29,595 bases of DNA from an uncultured Acidobacteriota bacterium (GTDB lineage: Bacteria; Acidobacteriota; Thermoanaerobaculia; UBA5066; Gp7-AA6): positions 1 through 29,595 of the forward strand of contig CAVXTP010000004.1 of NCBI GenBank assembly GCA_963764715.1, read 5' to 3'. The position numbers and the translations under genes were made by a program. The notes below the pieces were generated by a model. It was not told the DNA's origin. It saw only the letters and a list, made by a program, of their open reading frames with translations, and did not search any database. This document shows, piece by piece, positions 21,373 through 28,605 of this stretch; position 1 is the stretch's first letter, and each line of letters begins with the position of its first letter.

Positions 21373-22191
21373 CTATTGGACCCAGTTCAAACCGAGGGCC
21401 TTGGCCAAGAAAACTGCCATCTGCCGGCGCGTCACCGGAGTGTCCGGACAGTAATTCCCGCCGCCGCATCCGGCCGTGATGCCCGAGTCGACCAGCGCCT
21501 CGATGTACTGAAAAGCCGGGTCCGACGTCGGAACGTCGTTGAACGTCGGCAACATCGGCGCCGGAGACACCTGGAGCGTGTAGCCGAATGAGACGCCGGC
21601 GAGCTGGAGCGTGTCGTCGCTGACGCCCCACCCAACCTCGACGAGGATCTTGAAGTTGAAGTTGTCCACCGTATATGGCGGAGGCACGAAACTCTTCGAC
21701 ATGCAGCCGCTGCCGGCCTCGGACGTGTACGTGTGATACGGGATGGGATCGCACTGGCCCAGGTAGTCGCAGATATAGACGTTGAAGAAGAGTCGGCCGC
21801 TACCATTGTTGTCGCAATAGTCGTACTCGATGATGGTCAAACGAGCGCCACCGGGCAGACGAGGGCTTCCGAAGAGGCGGGGTTGCCCACCGGTGACGTA
21901 ACGCCGATAGTCGTAGACCCCGAGCGCCGGGTTCCAGGTACTGGTGTAGTCGGTGCAGCCGGAGGCGCATGCGGTGTCGGGATCGAAATCCGAGGCCGGT
22001 ATGGTCTGCCAGACAGTCGTCGTCGTGCCGAAATTCGGTGCGGTATGGGCAGGGACACGCTTCGGCGCCCGAGACGGGCCGACGGCGACCGGGCCCGCCT
22101 TCGCGTCGCCAGGCGGTGCCTGGGCTCGACCGATCGCGAGGGCCGTTACCATGAAGACCGCGCAAAGAATCCCGACTCTCTGCCACTTCAT
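21373..22191 (-). CDS. Secreted single-SLH-domain protein (SLH-2)
   Basis: AAGGAGGT RBS; signal peptide; LPGGARLTIIEYDYCDNN; C-terminal TFNDVPTSDPAFQYIEALVDSGITAGC...TRRQMAVFLAKALGL. Confidence 0.9.
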   Translation of the reverse strand: MKWQRVGILCAVFMVTALAIGRAQAPPGDAKAGPVAVGPSRAPKRVPAHTAPNFGTTTTVWQTIPASDFDPDTACASGCTDYTSTWNPALGVYDYRRYVTGGQPRLFGSPRLPGGARLTIIEYDYCDNNGSGRLFFNVYICDYLGQCDPIPYHTYTSEAGSGCMSKSFVPPPYTVDNFNFKILVEVGWGVSDDTLQLAGVSFGYTLQVSPAPMLPTFNDVPTSDPAFQYIEALVDSGITAGCGGGNYCPDTPVTRRQMAVFLAKALGLNWVQ

Positions 22192-22292
22192 TGCGACCTC
22201 CTTCTCGGACCCGCTTTTGGCGGAGCGGAGGGTTTCCGACGCTATTGGCTCCAGTCTAATGCTGCGGAGGAGGATGCGACGCAGGAGAGGAT

Positions 22293-22430
22293 GGGGTCAG
22301 TCCTGATTTGCTAAGGGAATGGGGTCAGTCTTGATTTGCAGCAGAGGGCGGGGTGGGTCAGTCTTGAAATGCTGATTTCGGAGGGGCTGGTGCCCCTTGG
22401 GCGGGAAATCAGCAAATCAAGACTGACCCC
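22293..22430. repeat. Stack of four RAYT-associated sites
   Basis: Plus-strand copies at 22293-22312 and 22321-22339 (both truncated) and 22355-22380; minus-strand copy at 22405-22430; small hairpin AGGGGC-TGGT-GCCCCT between the last two. Confidence 0.92.
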
Positions 22431-22580
22431 AGGAGACTGGAAGCGCTCGCGATGGTGCGCGACCCGCTCGAGCTAGGCCTCGCGGTCCCGATCGTCCCGA
22501 AAGATCGCGCGGCGCTCGTTGCCGCGGGCGGTAACGTGGTACAGGGCCCCCGGGAACTCGAGTCGCGGTGGTCGTGGCAT
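22431..22580 (-). pseudogene. 5' fragment of a more diverged RAYT
   Basis: MPRPPRLEFPGALYHVTARGNERRAIFRDDRDREA*LERVAHHRERF; in-frame TAG at 22473-22475; ends at the site at 22430. Confidence 0.88.
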
Positions 22581-22662
22581 CTCCGCTCCGAACGACCGCG
22601 AACGATGCGGGACCTCCACTCAGAGATTGTCGCGAGACGGCTGGAAGCGGAGAGCGCGCCGG

Positions 22663-22689
22663 CGAAGTCAGGAAATCAAGACTGACCCC
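22663..22689 (-). repeat. RAYT-associated site upstream of the RAYT fragment
   Basis: Reverse complement reads GGGGTCAGTCTTGATTTCCTGACTTCG. Confidence 0.9.
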
Positions 22690-22702
22690 TCAGCACCCTC
22701 CG

Positions 22703-23320
22703 TTACCACTGTAGGCCCAGCGCCTTGGAGAGGAAGACGGCCATCTGGCCGCGTGTGACGGGGCTGTTGGGACAGAAGAGGCCGGAGCCGCACCCGCCAG
22801 TGATCCCCGCCGCCACGAGCGCCTCGATGTACTGGAAGAACGGATTGCTCGTGGGTACGTCGCCGAACGTCGGGGTTTCCGGAGCCGGAGACACCTGAAG
22901 CTTGTAACCGAGAGAGACGCCACCGAGCTGGAGGGTGTCGTCGCTGACGCCCCACCCGGCCTCGATGAGAATGCTCGAGCTGAGGTTGTCCACCGTATAC
23001 GGCGGAAGATCGAATAAGACAGCGGCACACCCTTGGCCGGCGATGGACGTGTAAGTGTGATACGGGTTCGAATCGCACTCCGAAAAGTGGTTGCAGATGT
23101 AGACGTTGAAGGTGAGCCGACCGCTTCCGCTTCCATTGAAGTCGCAATAGCGGTACTGGATAGCCGACACGAGAGCGCCCGCGGGCAGACGGGGGCTCGC
23201 GAAAAGGCGGGGTTGGCCACCAGTGACGTAACGGCGGTAGGCGTAGTTGTTTAGCGCAGGGTTCCAGGTACTCGTATAGTCCGTGCAGCCCGAGGCGCAT
23301 GCGGTGTCCGGATCGAAGTC
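22703..23320 (-). pseudogene. 5'-truncated SLH protein (SLH-3), close paralogue of SLH-2
   Basis: Aligns with SLH-2 from DFDPDTACASGCTDYTSTWNPAL onward; no signal peptide. The upstream part of ORF 22703..23461 is read-through of the site and the RAYT remnant. Confidence 0.85.
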
Positions 23321-23338
23321 GAGCCTGGGCAAGGGAAT

Positions 23339-23450
23339 GGGGTCAGTCTTGATTTGCTGAGTTGGCGGAGGAGGCGGTGGCTCGGGTTGGATTTGAGGCG
23401 GCGGCCGAGGCGGTCGAACTGCCGGATGAACGCGTCGTCGGACGTGAGGC
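23339..23450 (-). pseudogene. RAYT 3'-end remnant including its terminal site (site on + strand, 23339-23365)
   Basis: GGGGTCAGTCTTGATTTGCTGAGTTGG is the same variant as at 28581. 23400-23450 aligns with ~28640-28692 (LTSDDAFIRQFDRL versus LASDEALIRQLDRL). Confidence 0.85.
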
Positions 23451-23672
23451 ATCAGTGTCATCGCCAGACAGCTTTGGGGCCAATCTGGATTCCTGTATTG
23501 CTCGCGGACCGGCCTCGGTACGCAGTTCTCCGGCAGAACCGCAAACGCGGTTCGCCTCTAGCTGGTGAAGACAGGAGCACGCGGTCAAGCCTGGCATCCT
23601 GACCGCATTCTTCACAAGAACTGATCCAGTTGAATCAGGCCAGCCCAGCGGGGAGGCGCAACACTCACGCAG

Positions 23673-24032
23673 ATGAAGCTGAAGATGAATCCGTCTCGAT
23701 GGCCGCTTCTCTCGTCGTTGCTGGCGCTGAGTTGCAGTTCTCATGTCCTGACTGCCCCTACCGGCCCGCTCTGTGGAACCTGCGACCTTGGCTCGCCAGC
23801 TGCCCGGAAGGCTGGCAAGATCGTAATCACCGAGGACATGGCGGCGGTGTCGGGCTGCACGCTAATGGGAACGGTCGGCGGTTGGGAAGACTTAGACAAA
23901 AAGAATGGTGCCTACGCCCTCGCGGTTAAGAACCACGCTTACGACCACGGTGCCGACCCCATGATTCGGGTTCTCTTTGTCAACGGTGGAGATGACGAGG
24001 CTTACCTCTGCCCATCCGCCCCTACGAATTGA
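23673..24032 (+). CDS. Hypothetical exported protein, possible lipoprotein
   Basis: 119-aa ORF with a hydrophobic N-terminus ending LLALSC; visibly more A/T-rich than the core genes; stop 31 bp before a site. Confidence 0.55.
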   Translation: MKLKMNPSRWPLLSSLLALSCSSHVLTAPTGPLCGTCDLGSPAARKAGKIVITEDMAAVSGCTLMGTVGGWEDLDKKNGAYALAVKNHAYDHGADPMIRVLFVNGGDDEAYLCPSAPTN

Positions 24033-24063
24033 CTCCAGGGCTTAGCCGGACCTCCTCCGGGAC

Positions 24064-24199
24064 GGGGTCAGTCTTGATTTGCTGCTTCGGGTTGTTTAGC
24101 TCGCGGCTTAGACTCGGCGAATCCCTGAGTCCAGAAGAATGGGAGGTTCAGGGAATGGGGTCGAGGGGAAATGGGGTCAGTCCTGATTTGCTGATTTCG
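24064..24199 (+). repeat. RAYT-associated sites
   Basis: Copies at 24064-24090 and 24173-24199; head-only remnant AGGGAATGGGGTC at 24150-24162. Confidence 0.9.
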
Positions 24200-24827
24200 G
24201 GTTGAGCCGGGGTGCCCCTGTCAGTAATCGCTCCACTGAAGTCCCAGGGCCTTCGCGAGAAACACCGCCATCTGCCGCCGCGTCAACGGAGCATCGGGAC
24301 AATAGTTGCCGCCAGCGCACCCGGCGGTGATGCCCGACGAATAGAGCGCCTCGATGAACTGGAAGGCGGGATCCGACGTCGGCACGTCGCCGAAGGTTGG
24401 CGTGGCCGGAGCCGGCGAGACGTCGAGCTGATAGCTGACGATGGCGCCGCCCAGAACGACAGACCCGTCTCCGGCGCCAAAGGCCAGCGAGAGCCCGTAG
24501 ATTTTGTGGTAGTTGTCGATCCGCAAGCTCAGCGTGTTGTCTGCCACGAAGCTACAGCCGTTGTTCGTTGAATCGACCTCGACGACATCCGTGCAGTTCA
24601 GCGCCTGGTTGTCGCACTCCCGAAGAGTCAGATACAGGTGACTCGCGGGATTGTTGTCGCAATAGTCGAGCTCGACGCGCCGAACGACGGATCCTCCTGG
24701 CAGATGAAGCGCCGCCGCCCAGAGGGACCCGTTCACCGACGGATAGCGTGTGAGCCCGCCCGCGGACTTCCAGTCTCCGGCGAGACCCGACTGGAGAGGG
24801 ACGAACTCCATCGCCGCGACGCGCACG
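24172..24827 (+). repeat. 656-bp direct duplication of 27743-28398
   Basis: Constant offset of 3571 bp; I find one mismatch (24494 C versus 28065 T, synonymous Gly). Confidence 0.92.
24221..24827 (-). pseudogene. 5'-truncated copy of SLH-5 (SLH-4)
   Basis: Protein identical to SLH-5 from RVAAMEF onward; lacks the first 43 codons, including the signal peptide. Confidence 0.88.
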
Positions 24828-24844
24828 GCGGTTAGCAGAGGAAT

Positions 24845-25017
24845 GGGGTCAGTCTTGATTTGCTGATTTCAGGGAGTTGCGGAGGCGGGCGATCTGCGAA
24901 TACGAAATGCGGCCGAAAGGCGGCTGCTCCGCCGGGCCATGTATGGCCGCCAGGGGATGCGCGTGACGGTTTTGGGGTCAGTCCTGATTGGCCGATTTGG
25001 AATGGGTAGGGTCAGTC
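24845..25017 (+). repeat. RAYT-associated sites
   Basis: Copies at 24845-24870 and 24974-24998; partial GGAATGGGTAGGGTCAGTC at 24999-25017. Confidence 0.88.
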
Positions 25018-25262
25018 GAGAAATGTCAGGTTCGAGATTCCCGCTGGGAGCGTCGTGAATCAGGTCACGGTGGGGGATCCAGGGGCCGCCAGGCAAGACG
25101 GGAGGGTCCTAAATCTGAGAGGCCCAGTGCCGATCTGAAATGCTCGACGGCGGAGGGAAGGTGTGACAGATCGAGCGGCGCACGTCCCCTGTCATCGCCT
25201 GAGCCCCGGGGCACCCAGTCAAGCTCCAATTGCCCCATTCGGTTCGTCCAGGCTCCCGGAAC

Positions 25263-25288
25263 GGGGTCAATCTCGATTTGCTGATTCG
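25263..25288 (+). repeat. RAYT-associated site (degenerate)
   Basis: GGGGTCAATCTCGATTTGCTGATTCG preceded by GGAAC. Confidence 0.8.
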
Positions 25289-25398
25289 CCCGCTCGGATC
25301 GGCGAGTTCTCGGATGGCGCTTTCGATCTGGCTGCGCAGAGCCGGGTCGGTGTCGAGCGGATGTTCGAGGAGTCTGACCGGTCCGACGAAGGAACCCT

Positions 25399-27459
25399 TC
25401 AGATCGAAAGGCCCGGATCGCCCTCAACGACCTTCTGCCGCAGCACCGGCCGTTCGCCCGCCTTCCAGAGCGACGCCGTGTGGACGACGCGGTAGCGAAG
25501 AGGACCGCCGTCGGGACGATCGCTTCGCGTGATCGGGCGGGGGATACAGACGAACTCGGTCCGCATTTCATCGCCGGTGAGCCGCACCGTCGCATAGCCG
25601 TGACCGCCCAGGTCCACGAATTCGAGGTGGGGGGCGAGACTCGGATTGGAAAGGGCGTGAGCGCTCTTCAGGTCGAAGGTCTTCGCGTATTCGAGGCACG
25701 AGCGGACGCCGTGCTTCAAGAGCATGTTGTGGGTCCATTCGGGCTGACCCGCGGGCCCCTCGACCAGGAACAGCGCACGGAGGGGATCGTCCTTGGGATG
25801 GCGGTGCTCGAGGGCCTCCATCGTCCCGTGGCTGATCAGCGAGGCGCCGACGAAACTGAGCCCGACCGGCTCGTACTTGGCGGGTGGCAAGAGAGGGGCG
25901 GCATAGCCGGCCCAGAAGCTGTGACGGTCGCCCGACACGATCGCGAATCCGGTGATCTTCGAATCACGGACGAGGTCATAGATTTCGCCACGCTCGTGGT
26001 AGGCGCTGCCAAAATCCCAGCTGCCGATCTGCGCGAAGGTGTCGGCCGGCCACTTCTGCTTGGTCAGCCCATCCGGAAGGTTCTGGGGGTCGGCCCGCAT
26101 GTCGAGGGCACCCAACGAATTGCCCCAGATCTTCCAGGTTGCCCCGGACCGACGGAGCTGGTCCATGAACCACTTCTTCTGCACGGCCCCGAGGATCGTG
26201 CGCGGCGGTGAATCCTTTCGCGGATTCGGGATGGTGACCTCGCCGAAACTGAGCTCGGCGGGCGGTTTGCCGCCGTTGGAGGTGCGGCCGGCGTCGAGCG
26301 CGATCATCGCCGGCTCCGAGAACATCCCGTTGAAAGCCGGATCGTAAATCTTCTCCACGCCCTCCACATCGGTCGCGTCGGGGCCGGAGAAGGTGCGTTG
26401 GTCGGTGAGAATGAGATCGAGGTTTCGGCCGTATCGCAAAGACCGATACACGATCAGGCTGTTGATGGCCTTCAGATTGTTGGGCTCGATCCCGAGGCCA
26501 CTGTCGTCCCACTTTTCGATCGGCACATTTTTCACCGCCACCGTGCCGAACGTGTCGAACGATCCGCTCGGCGCCTTCACGCGCGCGGGGATGTACTCGA
26601 ACCATGCCTGGTTGGCGGCGACCTTGATCGTCTGGCCCGGCCGCGGCTCGCCCCCTGCCTGCTGGATGCTCTGCCGGCCCTGCCAGGAGAACTCGTGGTT
26701 GTCCCAGATGGCGACGAACGGCCAACGCGCCCGCGCGTCCTGCAGGTCGGGATCGGCCAGGTAGCCCTTGTAGACGACGCGATAGCCCTCGAGCGTCAGC
26801 GGGTAGTGGAATTTGCCGGTTTGACCGCCATCGGGAATCCGGCCGACGTCGTAGATCGTGCGGTCGTACACCGTCGCCAGCTCGTCCGGATATTGGACGA
26901 CCTCGTAGATGAAATCGCCGAGGTGGAGAACGAAACCGAGTTGATCGGCGGGCGCCGCACGCTCATCCTCGAAGATCATCCGGCGATAGCCGTTGAGCTT
27001 GCCTTCATTGAGGCTCTGGCAGCTCACGAAGGCGAAACTGACCGGCCGCGGATCGTTCGAGAGCGGCGCGGTGATCGTCCGGCCGACCCGGCTGCCGTTT
27101 CCCTCTCCATCGGTGAAGCGGTACCAGTAGACGCGCGCTGGCTTGAGATGACCGACCAGCACGCGCGTCGTCCAATCCGATTCCGGGCAGACCGGCGCGG
27201 ACGCTTTCGCGACCACCCGCCGGAACGCTTGATCCTCAGCGACCTCGACCGTGAGCACACGCCGCCCGCCCGACTCGAACGGCCGCCGAGTCCAGAGGAT
27301 GACGCTCTCCGGATCGGGATCGCCGGACGCGACGCCGTGGGGATAGAGGTCGCGACGCTCATGCCACGGGGTGGTGGAAGCTCGAGCCGGCCCGCCCCAC
27401 GCCAGCGAGGCGCCCATGGCTGCGGCCGTTTTCAGAAAGGATCGGCGGCTAATCGTCAT
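25399..27459 (-). CDS. phoD: Tat-exported alkaline phosphatase D family protein
   Basis: SRRSFLK Tat signal; GVASGDP, LWTR, FVSCQ, HLGDFIYE, WDNHE, SGDRH motifs. ATG 27459 fits the GGAG at 27467-27470 better than GTG 27465. Confidence 0.93.
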   Translation of the reverse strand: MTISRRSFLKTAAAMGASLAWGGPARASTTPWHERRDLYPHGVASGDPDPESVILWTRRPFESGGRRVLTVEVAEDQAFRRVVAKASAPVCPESDWTTRVLVGHLKPARVYWYRFTDGEGNGSRVGRTITAPLSNDPRPVSFAFVSCQSLNEGKLNGYRRMIFEDERAAPADQLGFVLHLGDFIYEVVQYPDELATVYDRTIYDVGRIPDGGQTGKFHYPLTLEGYRVVYKGYLADPDLQDARARWPFVAIWDNHEFSWQGRQSIQQAGGEPRPGQTIKVAANQAWFEYIPARVKAPSGSFDTFGTVAVKNVPIEKWDDSGLGIEPNNLKAINSLIVYRSLRYGRNLDLILTDQRTFSGPDATDVEGVEKIYDPAFNGMFSEPAMIALDAGRTSNGGKPPAELSFGEVTIPNPRKDSPPRTILGAVQKKWFMDQLRRSGATWKIWGNSLGALDMRADPQNLPDGLTKQKWPADTFAQIGSWDFGSAYHERGEIYDLVRDSKITGFAIVSGDRHSFWAGYAAPLLPPAKYEPVGLSFVGASLISHGTMEALEHRHPKDDPLRALFLVEGPAGQPEWTHNMLLKHGVRSCLEYAKTFDLKSAHALSNPSLAPHLEFVDLGGHGYATVRLTGDEMRTEFVCIPRPITRSDRPDGGPLRYRVVHTASLWKAGERPVLRQKVVEGDPGLSI

Positions 27460-27562
27460 CGTCACACTCCATCATCAGGGCTGTCGTTGGCGTCGCTCGA
27501 GGGCGCGGGCGCGAACGCCTGCTGAGACAAGTACGATCCCCGCTCGGAGGGGTTTTGGTAAG

Positions 27563-27770
27563 GGGGTCAGTACTGATTTTGCTGACTTCGGGGCCGCGAC
27601 CGGGCAGCCAAGAAGTTCCCGATGACCGCCGCCGGCGGCGTGCCGCGACGTCTTCCCGATCAGCTTCTCGAACCGCGTGAAGGAACGGGGTCAGTCTCGA
27701 TTTGCTGGTTCAGGGAATGGGTAGGGTCAGTCTAACGGGGGCTGGGGTCAGTCCTGATTTGCTGATTTCG
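27563..27770 (+). repeat. Cluster of RAYT-associated sites
   Basis: Copies at 27563-27590, 27687-27707 and 27744-27770; partial AGGGAATGGGTAGGGTCAGTCT at 27712-27733. Confidence 0.9.
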
Positions 27771-27791
27771 GGTTGAGCCGGGGTGCCCCTG

Positions 27792-28526
27792 TCAGTAATC
27801 GCTCCACTGAAGTCCCAGGGCCTTCGCGAGAAACACCGCCATCTGCCGCCGCGTCAACGGAGCATCGGGACAATAGTTGCCGCCAGCGCACCCGGCGGTG
27901 ATGCCCGACGAATAGAGCGCCTCGATGAACTGGAAGGCGGGATCCGACGTCGGCACGTCGCCGAAGGTTGGCGTGGCCGGAGCCGGCGAGACGTCGAGCT
28001 GATAGCTGACGATGGCGCCGCCCAGAACGACAGACCCGTCTCCGGCGCCAAAGGCCAGCGAGAGTCCGTAGATTTTGTGGTAGTTGTCGATCCGCAAGCT
28101 CAGCGTGTTGTCTGCCACGAAGCTACAGCCGTTGTTCGTTGAATCGACCTCGACGACATCCGTGCAGTTCAGCGCCTGGTTGTCGCACTCCCGAAGAGTC
28201 AGATACAGGTGACTCGCGGGATTGTTGTCGCAATAGTCGAGCTCGACGCGCCGAACGACGGATCCTCCTGGCAGATGAAGCGCCGCCGCCCAGAGGGACC
28301 CGTTCACCGACGGATAGCGTGTGAGCCCGCCCGCGGACTTCCAGTCTCCGGCGAGACCCGACTGGAGAGGGACGAACTCCATCGCCGCGACGCGCACGTG
28401 CGTGAGATTGGAAGTGCCGAAGTCCGCGGCCTTTGGATCCTGCACGACCCCGGATGGCTGCGCCGACATCTTGACGGCAAGACAACACAGCATTGCAAAA
28501 AGCGATCCGAGGCGCATGGTTCGCAT
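27792..28526 (-). CDS. Secreted single-SLH-domain protein (SLH-5)
   Basis: AGGAG RBS; signal peptide; LPGGSVVRRVELDYCDNN; C-terminal TFGDVPTSDPAFQFIEAL...TRRQMAVFLAKALGL. Confidence 0.9.
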   Translation of the reverse strand: MRTMRLGSLFAMLCCLAVKMSAQPSGVVQDPKAADFGTSNLTHVRVAAMEFVPLQSGLAGDWKSAGGLTRYPSVNGSLWAAALHLPGGSVVRRVELDYCDNNPASHLYLTLRECDNQALNCTDVVEVDSTNNGCSFVADNTLSLRIDNYHKIYGLSLAFGAGDGSVVLGGAIVSYQLDVSPAPATPTFGDVPTSDPAFQFIEALYSSGITAGCAGGNYCPDAPLTRRQMAVFLAKALGLQWSDY

Positions 28527-28580
28527 TGCATCTCCTCAGCGTGGAATTGGAATCCGTCATTCTATGAAAAACGGCCGACC

Positions 28581-28605
28581 GGTCAGTCTTGATTTGCTGA
28601 GTTGG
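28581..28605 (+). repeat. RAYT-associated site overlapping the RAYT stop codon
   Basis: GGTCAGTCTTGATTTGCTGAGTTGG; its reverse complement encodes NSANQD-TGA. Confidence 0.92.

Noticed and set aside
22703-23461. 252-aa ORF with Pro-rich N-terminus as an intact gene
   Set aside because: The N-terminal ~47 residues are read-through of the RAYT 3' remnant and the site; there is no signal peptide, unlike intact paralogues.
25226-25240. CCAATTGCCCCATTC as an inverted site head
   Set aside because: Only GAATGGGG matches; the TCAGTC core is absent, so it was not counted.
24172-28398. Diversity-generating retroelement TR/VR pair
   Set aside because: Only one synonymous difference in 656 bp, the repeat is much longer than a TR, and there is no reverse transcriptase in the window.
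21320-28605. CRISPR array interpretation of the ~27-bp repeats
   Set aside because: Spacing ranges from under 10 bp to 2.3 kb, orientation is mixed, copies are degenerate, intervals contain whole genes, and there are no cas genes in the window.
21320-28605. Classical integron (attC sites)
   Set aside because: No IntI or other tyrosine recombinase in the window; the sites are too short and lack the RYYYAAC...GTTRRRY boxes.
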